From positions 1-32,000 of the forward strand of contig JBJDYU010000055.1 in assembly GCA_051867615.1 (NCBI GenBank): a stretch of 32,000 bases of DNA. The letters run 5' to 3'. Within the stretch, counting starts at the first letter, position 1. Each line of letters begins with the position of its first letter. The translations under genes and the position numbers were made by a program. Under the pieces are notes generated by a model that did not search any database, was not told the DNA's origin, and worked only from the letters and a program-made list of their open reading frames with translations. Below, in pieces: positions 7,670 to 16,014 of the stretch. Source of the stretch: Oscillospiraceae bacterium (GTDB lineage: Bacteria; Bacillota; Clostridia; Oscillospirales; Oscillospiraceae).

Positions 7670-8840
7670 TCAGCCCGCGCCGGTCTGGGCCAGCGCGGCG
7701 AGGATGCGGTCTGCACACTGACTGACGAGCTCCGCTCCGGTTGCCAGATTGATCCGCACACAGGTCCCGCTGTGCCCGCCGAAGGCGCTGCCGTAATTGA
7801 GCGCCAACCCACATTTTTCCTGAAAGAAGGGCTGAATCTCCTCCTCTTTCAGATAGGCCCCAAAGTCTATCCACATGAGATACGTCCCCTCCAGCGCCGG
7901 GATACGCAGCCGGGGATAGGCGGAAAGCAGCTTCTCCCGCAAAAAGGCATAGTTCGCATAAACCTGCCGGCAGACCGTCCGGTTCCACTCCGCGCCGTCC
8001 CGGTAGGCCGCCTCGCCGGCCACATATCCCAACGTGTTTCCAAAGCTCATATGAAGCGGCTGCGTGAACGCGTCCCACCGCTCCCGCAGTGTATGATCCG
8101 GGATGACGGCCAGCGCGTTCTGAAAGCCCGCCAGATTGAAGGTCTTGCTGGGGGAGGTCAGGAGCATGGTGTTCTCCGCCTTTAGTGAGCAGAGGGGAAT
8201 ATGCACCGCCCCCTCGTGGGTGATATCCTGATGGATCTCATCCGACACGACGGTAACACGGTGCTTTTGGCAGATATCCAGCAGCCGCTCCAGCTCCTCC
8301 CGCCGCCAGACCCGCCCCACGGGATTATGGGGGCGAGCAAAACAGCAGCAGCTTTACCCGCTCCTCCCCGATCTTTTTCTCAATGTCTCCGTAATCCATG
8401 CCGTAGCCGTCCCCGCGCCATACCAGCGGGCTTTCCACGAGACGGCGGCTGCTCTGCTGCACCACCTTGAAAAACTGGGGATACACCGGCGAGAGTACCA
8501 GCACGCTCTCCCCCGGCTCCGTCAGCGAGAGGACCGACCAGCTCAAAGCGGCCACCACGCCAGGAGAAAAGCGCAGCCAGTCCTGCTGTACCGAAAACCT
8601 ATGCCTGCCGCGCTCCCAATCGATGAAAGCCCGCAGGAAACCGGCGCCCAGATAGGAATAGCCGTAAACGCCGGTCTCCATGTAGCGCCGCAGCGCCTCC
8701 TGCACGCAGTCGGGAACACGGAAATCCATGTCCGCGATCCACATTCCCAGCAGATCCCTGCTGCCGAAGCTCTGCTCCAGCATATCCCACTTGACACAGC
8801 TTGTGTTGTGGCGGTCAACAAATATCGCCTGTTCGCTCAT
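7670..8840 (-). pseudogene. PatB/MalY-type PLP-dependent C-S lyase (cystathionine beta-lyase-like aminotransferase), interrupted by a 1-nt frameshift
   Basis: ORF 8325..8861 (N-terminal half, ...VKLLLFCSPP*) and ORF 7670..8320 (VGRVWRREELERL...LLTSPSKTFNLAG, carrying the PLP lysine) are two halves of one gene. Removing one G from the G5 run at 8329-8333 restores the canonical CSPHNPVGRVW. The start ATG at 8840 follows AAGGAG. Confidence 0.85.
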
Positions 8841-8857
8841 CCGTACAGTCTCCTTTA

Positions 8858-9832
8858 TCACGCCTGCCCGTCATACAGGTGGCAAGCCGCCGTGTGCCCG
8901 GGCCGGATCTCACGCAGGGCCGGTTCTTCCCTGCGGCACACCTCCGCGGCATGACGGCAGCGTCCGCAGAAACGGCAGCCCGCCGGAGGATCGATGGCGC
9001 TGGGAACATCCCCGCTGAGCAGGACGCGCTCCCTGGCCTCCATCGTCTCGGGGTCCGCCACCGGCAGCGCGGAGAGCAGTGCCTGGGTATACGGATGGGC
9101 GGGATGGGCGTACAGCTCCTCCGAATCCGCCAGCTCCACCAGTTTCCCCAGATACATGACCCCCACATGGTCGGAAATATGCCGGACCACCGCCAGGTCA
9201 TGGGCGATGAACAGCATGGTCAGATTTCGCTGCCGCTGCATCTGCAAAAGCAAATTGACGATCTGCGCCTGCAAAGACACGTCCAGCGCGGACACCGGCT
9301 CGTCGCAAAAGAGGAATTCGGGGTCCACCGCCAGGGCGCGGGCGATGCTGATGCGCTGACGCTGTCCGCCCGAAAACTCGGAGACATTGCAGATAGCCTG
9401 CTCCCGTTTCAGGCCCACCATCTCCAGCAGCTCATAGACCATTTCCCGCTCGGCGTCTTTGTCCGGAGCCAGCCGGTGGGCCCGGATGCCTTCGGCGACG
9501 GCCCGGTACGCGGTATAATGCGGGTCCAGCGCGGCGTAGGGGTTCTGAAAGATCATCTGCACCTTGCGGGTAAACGCCAGACGTTCCGCCCGGTTCATGG
9601 CATGAACGTCCCTGTCCCGGTAAAAGACCTGGCCGCCGGTTTTGGGCAGCATACCGATGCAGGTCTTGCCGCAGGTGGTCTTGCCGCAGCCGGACTCGCC
9701 GACGATGCCAAGCGTCTCGCCCTGCCGGATCTGGAAGGACACGTCGTCCACCGCCTTCAGCACGCGGCCCTGTCCTGCGGGATAATACTTCCTCAGATGC
9801 CGCACATCGAGGATCACTTCTTCCTGCGCCAT
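8858..9832 (-). CDS. Oligopeptide/dipeptide ABC transporter ATP-binding protein (OppF/DppF-like)
   Basis: Walker [10 protein letters not shown], signature [15 protein letters not shown], Walker [13 protein letters not shown]. The Cys-rich Opp-type C-terminal extension is [18 protein letters not shown]. Confidence 0.95.
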   Translation of the reverse strand: MAQEEVILDVRHLRKYYPAGQGRVLKAVDDVSFQIRQGETLGIVGESGCGKTTCGKTCIGMLPKTGGQVFYRDRDVHAMNRAERLAFTRKVQMIFQNPYAALDPHYTAYRAVAEGIRAHRLAPDKDAEREMVYELLEMVGLKREQAICNVSEFSGGQRQRISIARALAVDPEFLFCDEPVSALDVSLQAQIVNLLLQMQRQRNLTMLFIAHDLAVVRHISDHVGVMYLGKLVELADSEELYAHPAHPYTQALLSALPVADPETMEARERVLLSGDVPSAIDPPAGCRFCGRCRHAAEVCRREEPALREIRPGHTAACHLYDGQA

Positions 9833-9836
9833 TTCT

Positions 9837-10829
9837 TTACACCGCCCCTTCCTGCTGCGCCGCCATGCGCCAGCACGCCGCCCGGTGACCGGGGGCGACC
9901 GCTTCCTCCTCAGGCTGCCGGTGGGCGCAGATGTTCATCGCATACGGACAGCGCATCCAGAACGCGCAGCCCTCCGGTGGCTCCGCCATGTCCGGTACGG
10001 CGCCGGCGATGGTGTGCAGCGGCTGCTTGCCCGGCAGATCGGGCCGGGGAATGGAGCGCAGCAGCGCCTGCGTATACGGATGCTGCGGATGATAAAAAAT
10101 GTCCCGGCGGGATCCGCTTTCCACGATCTTTCCCGCGTACATCACCATGATCCTGTCCGCCACGTCCGCGACGACGCCCAGATCGTGGGTGATGAGCAGG
10201 ATGGACATATTGAACTTGCGCTGCAGCTCCTTCATCAGCGCCAGGATCTGCGCCTGGATCGTCACGTCCAGCGAGGTGGTGGGTTCGTCCGCGATCAGCA
10301 GCTTCGGGCCGGCAATCATCGCCATGGCAATGACGGCGCGCTGCCGCTGGCCGCCGGAAAGCTCATGGGGGTATTTTTGAAAGCAGTCCTCCACATCGGC
10401 GATACCGGTCATACGCAGCATCTCCAGCGCTTTGGCGCGGCGCTGAGCCGCGGACATATCGCTTTTGTGGTTCTTCAGCACCTCCATGACCTGCTTGCCG
10501 ATCCGCTGAGTGGGATTGAGGGCCACCAGCGCATCCTGAAACACCAGGGCGCATTCCTTTCCCCGGAAGCCGGCCCAGGCCCCGGCGTCATATTGGGTGA
10601 CGTCCGTTCCCTCGAACAGGATCCTACTCTCCGGCAAAATCTTTCCCGGTGCCTTGACCAGTCCCATGATGCTCTTCGCTGTAACGGATTTGCCGCAGCC
10701 GGACTCGCCCACCAGCGCGACGGTCTCGCCGTGCAGGATGTCGAAGTCTACGCCCCGCACCGCCTGCACGGCCCCGCGGGGGCTGCCGTACGTTACGGCG
10801 AGATTTTCTATATGCAGCAAAGTATCCAT
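9837..10829 (-). CDS. Oligopeptide/dipeptide ABC transporter ATP-binding protein (OppD/DppD-like)
   Basis: Walker [10 protein letters not shown], signature [15 protein letters not shown], Walker [13 protein letters not shown], and Opp-type C-terminal domain [18 protein letters not shown]. Confidence 0.95.
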   Translation of the reverse strand: MDTLLHIENLAVTYGSPRGAVQAVRGVDFDILHGETVALVGESGCGKSVTAKSIMGLVKAPGKILPESRILFEGTDVTQYDAGAWAGFRGKECALVFQDALVALNPTQRIGKQVMEVLKNHKSDMSAAQRRAKALEMLRMTGIADVEDCFQKYPHELSGGQRQRAVIAMAMIAGPKLLIADEPTTSLDVTIQAQILALMKELQRKFNMSILLITHDLGVVADVADRIMVMYAGKIVESGSRRDIFYHPQHPYTQALLRSIPRPDLPGKQPLHTIAGAVPDMAEPPEGCAFWMRCPYAMNICAHRQPEEEAVAPGHRAACWRMAAQQEGAV

Positions 10830-10837
10830 CGCTCACC

Positions 10838-11761
10838 TCACTTGGACGATTTGGCTTCCAGTACGTTGTGCAGCGTCTCGCCCAGCAGGTTGAAGCCCAG
10901 CACCGTGATCAGGATCAGCACACCGGGGAAAACGCTCAGCAGCGGCTGGGAGAGCATCTGCTTCTGCGCTCCCTGCAGCATACTGCCCCACGAGGCGTAG
11001 GGGATGGAGACGCCAAGGCCAAGATAGCTCAGGGCGGACTCCATCAAAATGGCCGTGGCCACGTTCAGGCTGGCGGAGACGATGACGGAGCCGAGGACAT
11101 TGGGCAGAATATGGCTGACGGCAATGCGAAAGCCGGAGACGCCCAGGTTCTGCGCCGCGATCACAAAATCCCGCTCCTTCAGAGACATGGTCTCCGCCCG
11201 GACGATGCGCGCCACGTTGGCCCAGGAAAAGAGGCTCAGCACCAGGATAAGCGTGACGATGCCAGGATGCAGAAACGCGTTGATGATCACGATGAGCAGC
11301 ATACTGGGCAGGGCGAGGAAAATATCCGTCAGGCGCATCACCACCGTGTCCACTTTCTCTCCGATGTAGCCGGAGAACAGGCCGATGGCCGTGCCGACGG
11401 TGACGGAGATCAGCATGGAAAGCACGCCGATAGAGAGCGATACGCGGCCGCCGTAGAGGGCGCGGGTGAAGTAGTCCCGCCCATACTCGTCCGTGCCGAA
11501 CCAGTGGGCGGAGGAGAGGCCGCAGAGCTTTTCAGCGGCGTTGAGTTCGTAAGGATCATAGGGGCTGAGGAACGCAAAGACAGAGGCCAGCGCGATCAGC
11601 AGCAAAAGCGTCAGGCAAAACAGCGTGCCGGGCTTTTTCCGCAGCTCCCGCCAGAAGCGGCGGAGGAAGCCAGGCTCCTCCACCGGCCTTTTTTGCTGCA
11701 ACAGGCATTCCTTATCCAGCGGCGCAAAATCCGCCGGGGCAAACGGTTTAGTGTACGGCAC
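10838..11761 (-). CDS. Oligopeptide ABC transporter permease (OppC/DppC-like)
   Basis: ORF 10838..11860. Preferred GTG at 11761 (GGAGG 6 nt upstream) overlaps the OppB stop by 14 nt. OppC-type N-terminus ...LSPYDPYE, and BPD-transporter core with SWGSMLQGAQ. Confidence 0.85.
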   Translation of the reverse strand: MPYTKPFAPADFAPLDKECLLQQKRPVEEPGFLRRFWRELRKKPGTLFCLTLLLLIALASVFAFLSPYDPYELNAAEKLCGLSSAHWFGTDEYGRDYFTRALYGGRVSLSIGVLSMLISVTVGTAIGLFSGYIGEKVDTVVMRLTDIFLALPSMLLIVIINAFLHPGIVTLILVLSLFSWANVARIVRAETMSLKERDFVIAAQNLGVSGFRIAVSHILPNVLGSVIVSASLNVATAILMESALSYLGLGVSIPYASWGSMLQGAQKQMLSQPLLSVFPGVLILITVLGFNLLGETLHNVLEAKSSK

Positions 11762-12716
11762 GGGAAGCCTCCCCCCTTCTGATCCGCGGATCGACCAGCG
11801 CATAAAGCACATCCGCCAGGAAATTGCCGAGAACAAGGAGCGTACCGGACAGCATGACATAGGCCATGATGATCGGGTAGTCCCGGGAGTTGATGGCCGT
11901 CATGGCCAGCGTTCCCACGCCGGGCCAGCCGAACACGCTCTCCACGATGAACGAGCCGCTGACCAGCGAGGACAGATTCATGCCCAGCAGCGTGATGATG
12001 GGCAGCAGTGTGTTTTTCATCACATGGCGCCGCAGGATGGGACCGCTCCGGGTCCCCTTGGCCTCCGCCGTCAGGACGTACTCCTCCTCCAGCTCGCCGA
12101 TGGTGCTGGAGCGGACATAGCGGATATAGACCGCCACATGGCTGATGCTCAGCGTCAGGCAGGGCATGATCAGGTGCCGGAAGGTATCCAGCGCGGACTT
12201 CGCCCCGGGCGTCTGCATACCGGAGGACGGCAGCAGCCGCAGCGTGGAGGAGAGCAGAATGATCAGCAGCGTGCCGAACCAAAAGGGCGGGATGGACATA
12301 CCGATATGGGAAAAGCCGCTGATCAGGCGATCCGGCCAGCCGTCCTTCCGGTAGCCGGACCACATCCCCAGCGGGATCGCGATCACAATGGACAACAGCA
12401 TGGAGCTGCCCATCAGCAGGATCGTCGCGGGCAGACGGCTGAGCAGCTGCGGCGCGACGGCGGATTTATAGACAAGGGACACGCCGAAATCCCCCTGCAA
12501 AAGCAGGCCCAGCCAGGCGATATACTGCTCCCAGAGGCTTTTGTCCACGCCCAGGGAGGCCTTCAGGCTCTCCATCTGCTCCGCCGTCATTTCCGGGCGC
12601 ATATACATCTGCGAAACGTCGCCGGGCGCGATATAGATGATGGCGAAGGAAAAAAAGGAGATCGCGATCAGGACCAGAACAAACTGTATCGTTTTTTTAC
12701 ATAAGTACTTCCACAT
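11748..12716 (-). CDS. Oligopeptide ABC transporter permease (OppB/DppB-like)
   Basis: ORF 11748..12743. Preferred ATG at 12716 (MWKYLCKKTIQFVLVLIAISF) follows GGAGG. Typical OppB end ...ADVLYALVDPRIR. Confidence 0.9.
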   Translation of the reverse strand: MWKYLCKKTIQFVLVLIAISFFSFAIIYIAPGDVSQMYMRPEMTAEQMESLKASLGVDKSLWEQYIAWLGLLLQGDFGVSLVYKSAVAPQLLSRLPATILLMGSSMLLSIVIAIPLGMWSGYRKDGWPDRLISGFSHIGMSIPPFWFGTLLIILLSSTLRLLPSSGMQTPGAKSALDTFRHLIMPCLTLSISHVAVYIRYVRSSTIGELEEEYVLTAEAKGTRSGPILRRHVMKNTLLPIITLLGMNLSSLVSGSFIVESVFGWPGVGTLAMTAINSRDYPIIMAYVMLSGTLLVLGNFLADVLYALVDPRIRRGEASRAVH

Positions 12717-12773
12717 GGGCGCTCCTCCGATGTCTGCCGCCATCCGCCGGCCTGAGACCGGCGGACAGCAAAG

Positions 12774-12802
12774 AGGTCTGCTCCCGGAGAGGGAGCAGAC
12801 CT
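12774..12802 (-). promoter_or_regulatory. Intercistronic stem-loop between oppA-like and oppB-like genes
   Basis: 12-bp perfect stem AGGTCTGCTCCC / GGGAGCAGACCT with a 5-nt loop. A second 7-bp hairpin CCGCCGG-N7-CCGGCGG is at 12744-12764. The U-tract is poor, so this is more likely an mRNA-stabilising or attenuating element than a full terminator. Confidence 0.55.
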
Positions 12803-12817
12803 TTCTGCGTCAAAAGA

Positions 12818-14389
12818 TCATTTCACCTCAATGGAGAGGTAATCGATAAACTCGGGAATCACGGAAGAACCGTCCAGACCGCTGACATACTTATGGGAGA
12901 CGATGACGTAGTTGGTGTAGGTCAGAGGATACTCGCGGTACTCCTCCAGCGCCAGATCCTGGATCTGCAGCCAGGCGGCCTGCTTCTCCTCCGCGTTGGG
13001 GTTGGCGGTGGCGGCCTTGATCATATCCACCAGCTCCGTGCTGAAGCCGGTATTGACATAGAAGTTGCGGTTGGTCATGAAGTTGAACGCCTTGCCGGGG
13101 TGGGTGCCGCGCTCAGAGTCCCAGCCGTTGGTGGCCAGATCCCAAGAGGAGGCGGTGGCTTCATCGCCGAAGTCATAGAAGCGCATGAAGAAGCTCATGG
13201 AATCCAGACCCTCGATGTTGACGTTCACGCCGATGGCGCCCAGCTGCTGCTGGATAACGGTGGCGATCTCCTCCATGTTGGCACGGTCAGAGTTATAGAT
13301 GTAGGTCAGGGTCTGGCCAGTCAGGCCGGAGGCGTCCGCCAGACGCTGGGCCTCCTCCAGGTCCTGGGTATAGCCGGCGCAGTCGGGGTTATACAGGGAC
13401 TGCTCGGGGGTCAGGAGGCTGTTGGCAGGAACGGCCAGCTGATCGGAGCCGTAGGCGATGTCCACGATCTCGGCGGCGTTCAGCGCCAGGAAGACCGCCT
13501 TGCGGGCGTCGTCGGACAGCGTGGACAGGACGGCGGCCTTGGGGTTGATCTGCAGATAGTTCAGGCGGGCCTCGGGGATGATGAACAGGTTATACTGGTC
13601 GGAGGCGGCCTCATACTTGGCCAGGTCTTCGGCGGTGGTCACGCGCATACAGTCGATCTCGCCGTTTTCAAAGGCCAGCTGCGTGGTGGTGCCGGCGCCG
13701 ATGGTCTTCATAACGACCTGCTGCACCTGAGGCGTGCCGCGGTAATAGTCCTCGCGGGCGGTGAAAACGATGCTGTCGGCATTGATCTCGGAGACAGTGT
13801 AGGCGCCGGAGGTGACCATATCGGGGGAGCTGAAGTAGCCGCTGTTATCCACGGCAGAGGGGTCGTCGTTGAAAGCGTGGGAAGGCATGGGATAGAACAG
13901 GGAGAGAGTCTGGGAATACACGTCATACACCTGAGGCAGCGTGATCTCCAGGGTCTTGTCGTCCACCACGTTGAAGGTCACAGGCTCGTTGTTGACGATG
14001 TTATAAGCGGAGTAGCCGCCGTAGGCCAGGCCCTCATACTCCATGCTGAACAGGATGTCCTGCACCACCACAGGCTCGCCGTCGCTCCAGTTGGCGTTGT
14101 CGTTGATGTGGATGGTGTAGGTCAGGCCGTCCTCGGACAGCTCCACCTTGTCGGCCAGATAGTATTCATAGCCGTCCTTGGTCTCGGCGAACAGCGGCTC
14201 ATAGACGGGGCGGACGACGGAGAGCTTGTCATCGTCCATATTGTTGGGCTGCAGGGAATCCGGAATAGAATTGACCGCGATGTTGAACACGCCCGGATGC
14301 TCGGAGGTGGCAGACTGCCCGCCGCAGCCGGACAAAAGGCCCAGGAGCATCAGAGCTGCGAGGCAGAGGCACAAAACTTTCTTTTTCAT
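12818..14389 (-). CDS. Peptide/nickel ABC transporter substrate-binding lipoprotein (SBP family 5, OppA-like)
   Basis: 523 aa. Signal peptide plus lipobox MKKKVLCLCLAALMLLGLLSGCGG. AAGGAG upstream. It sits directly upstream of the OppBCDF-type genes. Confidence 0.9.
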   Translation of the reverse strand: MKKKVLCLCLAALMLLGLLSGCGGQSATSEHPGVFNIAVNSIPDSLQPNNMDDDKLSVVRPVYEPLFAETKDGYEYYLADKVELSEDGLTYTIHINDNANWSDGEPVVVQDILFSMEYEGLAYGGYSAYNIVNNEPVTFNVVDDKTLEITLPQVYDVYSQTLSLFYPMPSHAFNDDPSAVDNSGYFSSPDMVTSGAYTVSEINADSIVFTAREDYYRGTPQVQQVVMKTIGAGTTTQLAFENGEIDCMRVTTAEDLAKYEAASDQYNLFIIPEARLNYLQINPKAAVLSTLSDDARKAVFLALNAAEIVDIAYGSDQLAVPANSLLTPEQSLYNPDCAGYTQDLEEAQRLADASGLTGQTLTYIYNSDRANMEEIATVIQQQLGAIGVNVNIEGLDSMSFFMRFYDFGDEATASSWDLATNGWDSERGTHPGKAFNFMTNRNFYVNTGFSTELVDMIKAATANPNAEEKQAAWLQIQDLALEEYREYPLTYTNYVIVSHKYVSGLDGSSVIPEFIDYLSIEVK

Positions 14390-14429
14390 TGTTTTCTCCT
14401 TTTGTTTTTGACTGTATAGGGGTTCTATA

Positions 14430-15578
14430 TCACAGCATCTCGATCAGTGCCGTAATACGCGTTTCGATCTGTCCGACGTCCGTGGCGGAATAGTCGGTCT
14501 CGATCTTCTGATAGGGCAGGCCATATTGCTGCTGCACAAAGTCCCGAACCGTCTTGCTCTCCACGGAATAAGGATGGCAGGAGACCAGGATCAGCTCCAC
14601 CACGGCGTCGGGCTTGTACTCCTCGATCAGCCTTCCCAGCAGCTCCAGCCGGTTGGGGTTGGGCGTCATGCAGGCGCAGCCGATGCTCAGATATCGCCGG
14701 GCAAGGGCCATATAGACGTCCGGCTCCTCCTCGTCTACATTCCGGTCGGCGGACTTGGCACCGCCGCAGTTTTCGTAGGCCACCACCACAGCCCCGTGAC
14801 TTTCAATGGCGCGGATCACCTTCATGGCGGCGCCGGAGGAGGGACAGCCGGTGACCAGGACCCGCGGCATCTTTTTTAGATGGTTCCCGGCGGCGTATTC
14901 CGCCTGTATCTTCCCGATCAGCGCCCGGGTATCGGAGGCGAAGTTGTTGTCGAAGCGGTAGCCCGAGCCGTAAAGCACATTGTACAGCTGCTCGCCCCAC
15001 ATGGGCGCGGGGTCCAGCCGCATCAGGCCGTACAGATCCTTCATGACCTGGCGCTCTTCATTGCGCTGGCGGATGGCCTTGCGGATGGCCTCCTCCGTGA
15101 TGGTCACTTCAAAGCGCCGCTCCAGCTCCTCCTTGAAGCGGATAATCTCCTGCCGGTACAGCTGCAGCCCCAGCTCACTCTGGCGGTTGGGCAGCTCCAG
15201 AACATACACGGGCTTGAACTGCCCCAGCAGCTCGTACATCTTCTTTTTTCCGTCGCAGGTGGTCTCGCCCACGATCAGGTCGGAAAAATAAAAGAAGGGA
15301 CACTTGTCCGTTTTGGCGAAGCCGTAGCTTGATTTGATCAGCGGACAGAGGTTGGAGGGAAGATCCACCTCGGCATCCTTGATCGTCTCGTCTGAAGTGG
15401 AGCAAAGGCCCACCACGATCGCGCCCATGGCCACGGCGATCTCCTGCGGAAAAAAGGTGCAGAAGACGCCGATGACGGGCTTCCCGCTGTCCTTGACCGC
15501 TTTGACATGGAGAAAAGCGTTTTTACGCTGTTCGGCAAATTCGTCGAATATAGCGGGAAGATCGTTTTTCAGTTCCAT
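14430..15578 (-). CDS. 2-hydroxyacyl-CoA dehydratase / BcrC-BadD-HgdB family protein, double-cubane-cluster-protein-like
   Basis: ORF 14430..15626. Preferred ATG at 15578 follows AAGGGGG. The N-terminus is family-typical: KDSGKPVIGVFCTFFPQEIAVAMG. Conserved Cys contexts: NLCPLIKSS, ETTCDGKKK, VTGCPSSG, YENCGG, VSCHPY. Confidence 0.8.
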   Translation of the reverse strand: MELKNDLPAIFDEFAEQRKNAFLHVKAVKDSGKPVIGVFCTFFPQEIAVAMGAIVVGLCSTSDETIKDAEVDLPSNLCPLIKSSYGFAKTDKCPFFYFSDLIVGETTCDGKKKMYELLGQFKPVYVLELPNRQSELGLQLYRQEIIRFKEELERRFEVTITEEAIRKAIRQRNEERQVMKDLYGLMRLDPAPMWGEQLYNVLYGSGYRFDNNFASDTRALIGKIQAEYAAGNHLKKMPRVLVTGCPSSGAAMKVIRAIESHGAVVVAYENCGGAKSADRNVDEEEPDVYMALARRYLSIGCACMTPNPNRLELLGRLIEEYKPDAVVELILVSCHPYSVESKTVRDFVQQQYGLPYQKIETDYSATDVGQIETRITALIEML

Positions 15579-15633
15579 CAAATCCGCCCCCTTATGGCAA
15601 AAAATGAAGTTTGTTAAAATTTCCACTCAATAT

Positions 15634-15662
15634 ACTATACCACCCCTTCTCTTTTTTGTAAA
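15634..15662 (-). promoter_or_regulatory. Candidate sigma-70 promoter for the dehydratase-family/opp/C-S-lyase unit
   Basis: Minus strand: TTTACA (15662-15657), 17-nt spacer, extended -10 TGgTATAGT (hexamer 15639-15634). It lies ~55 nt upstream of the ATG at 15578 in an AT-rich gap. Confidence 0.6.
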
Positions 15663-16014
15663 ATTCAATTTACGCGGGCATCGCAGTGCAATCATCGTTT
15701 TTTTCACTGAAACGCGCTTCACCCCCTATATAAAACTCCGCAAAAGCGCGCAGGCCGTTCAGGGCGGCAGCTTCTCGGGCAAGAACGCAAAGCGCCCGGC
15801 CTTGCAGCGCCTCATAGACGATGGCAAAGCCGGGCAGGTTTCAAAAACCTTTATTTCCATCCGAACCGCTTTTCTCGCTCCACCGCGGAGTCCGGTCAGA
15901 TGTGGAATGCGCTGAAAAAAACGGGATAGTGTTTTGTCTGTGGCCGAAACGTACGGCACATTCCCGCTATTGGACGGTCTGTGCCGAATGTCGTCCTGTC
16001 ATTCGCCCCCCTAT

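Noticed and set aside
15663-16014. GC-rich patch in the 436-bp gap (minus-strand frame NLPGFAIVYEALQGRALCVLAREAAALNGLRAFAEFYIGGEARF...) and track ORFs 15759..15959 / 15821..16069
   Set aside because: The protein-like frame has no start codon or RBS, is only ~52 codons between stops, and I recognise no family. It may be a gene fossil, but the evidence is too thin to call. The track ORFs have implausible composition.
15900-16014. Terminator for the GH3 gene
   Set aside because: Only weak or large-loop hairpins are present (CGGCACA-N19-TGTGCCG; GGACG-N14-CGTCC), and the T-run at ~15915-15921 on the minus strand has no adjacent stem. No confident call is possible.
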